DNA of 64,000 nucleotides from Patescibacteria group bacterium (GTDB lineage Bacteria; Patescibacteriota; Microgenomatia; UBA8517): contig JALHYA010000002.1 in assembly GCA_022868165.1 (NCBI GenBank), forward strand, positions 1,478 to 65,477, written 5' to 3'. The notes below the pieces were generated by a model. The model was not told the origin of the DNA and did no database searches. It was given only the letters and a program-made list of their open reading frames with translations. A program made the translations under genes and the position numbers. Below, one piece after another: positions 63,937 through 64,000 of this stretch; the first letter of the stretch is position 1, and every line of letters starts with the position of its first letter.

Positions 63937-64000
63937 TGAAAGTGTTAGTAGTACTAAATGATGGTGCATTACTTGTCGGAGACAGGAATTGGAAGGATGA
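63937..64000 (+). CDS. Hypothetical protein, 5' partial (MKVLVVLNDGALLVGDRNWKD...)
   Basis: AGGAGG SD at 63921-63926. Runs off the window end. Confidence 0.4.

Noticed and set aside
1-64000. CRISPR arrays, tRNA or rRNA genes
   Set aside because: No regularly spaced direct repeats with unique spacers. No cloverleaf-compatible 70-90 nt GC-rich segments were noticed in intergenic regions by eye. A systematic scan with tRNAscan or CRISPR finders was not possible here.

Overview
AT-rich (~38-40% GC) window with compact gene organisation and no rRNA, tRNA or CRISPR array found by eye. It reads as a mosaic virus- or integrated-element-like region with four blocks. (1) 1-11350: mostly + strand small genes. 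These include an XRE HTH regulator, a protein with an excisionase-type HTH_17, an HNH homing endonuclease carrying about 8 tandem NUMOD3 repeats that sits between two ORFs with weak family-B DNA polymerase motifs, an IS6-family transposase, and many tiny CPxC zinc-ribbon ORFs. (2) 11969-32465, minus strand: a surface-glycan biosynthesis island. It holds GT2 glycosyltransferases, two SDR epimerase/dehydratases, a DegT aminotransferase, cupin sugar isomerases, a GDP-mannose 4,6-dehydratase interrupted by a LAGLIDADG intein, two B12-binding radical SAM enzymes, several SAM methyltransferases, a UDP-glucose dehydrogenase-like gene and a short STT3/AglB-like oligosaccharyltransferase. A beta-class DNA methyltransferase and an MT-A70 methyltransferase are embedded in it. 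(3) 32829-53838, minus strand: a P-loop ATPase module, a run of tiny basic or zinc-ribbon ORFs, three paralogous small secreted proteins, a 569-aa tandem-repeat protein, a 1755-aa giant coiled-coil/repeat protein (tape-measure-like), and 611- and 919-aa Thr/Ser-rich exported proteins with C-terminal membrane anchors. (4) 53943-63281, minus strand: a phage-like early region with a Gp37/Gp68 (DUF5131) protein, YopX, a small HNH, a second DNA methyltransferase paralogous to the first, many Cys-rich small proteins, and a P-loop ATPase with C-terminal HTH next to a repeat-bearing divergent control region. Host domain is ambiguous. STT3/AglB, CPxCG-type zinc ribbons, the LAGLIDADG intein and C-terminally anchored surface proteins point to a euryarchaeal element. 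YtxH-like, HTH_17, YopX and DUF5131 are more typical of bacteria and their phages. All calls are from reading translated ORFs, and no database searches were run.
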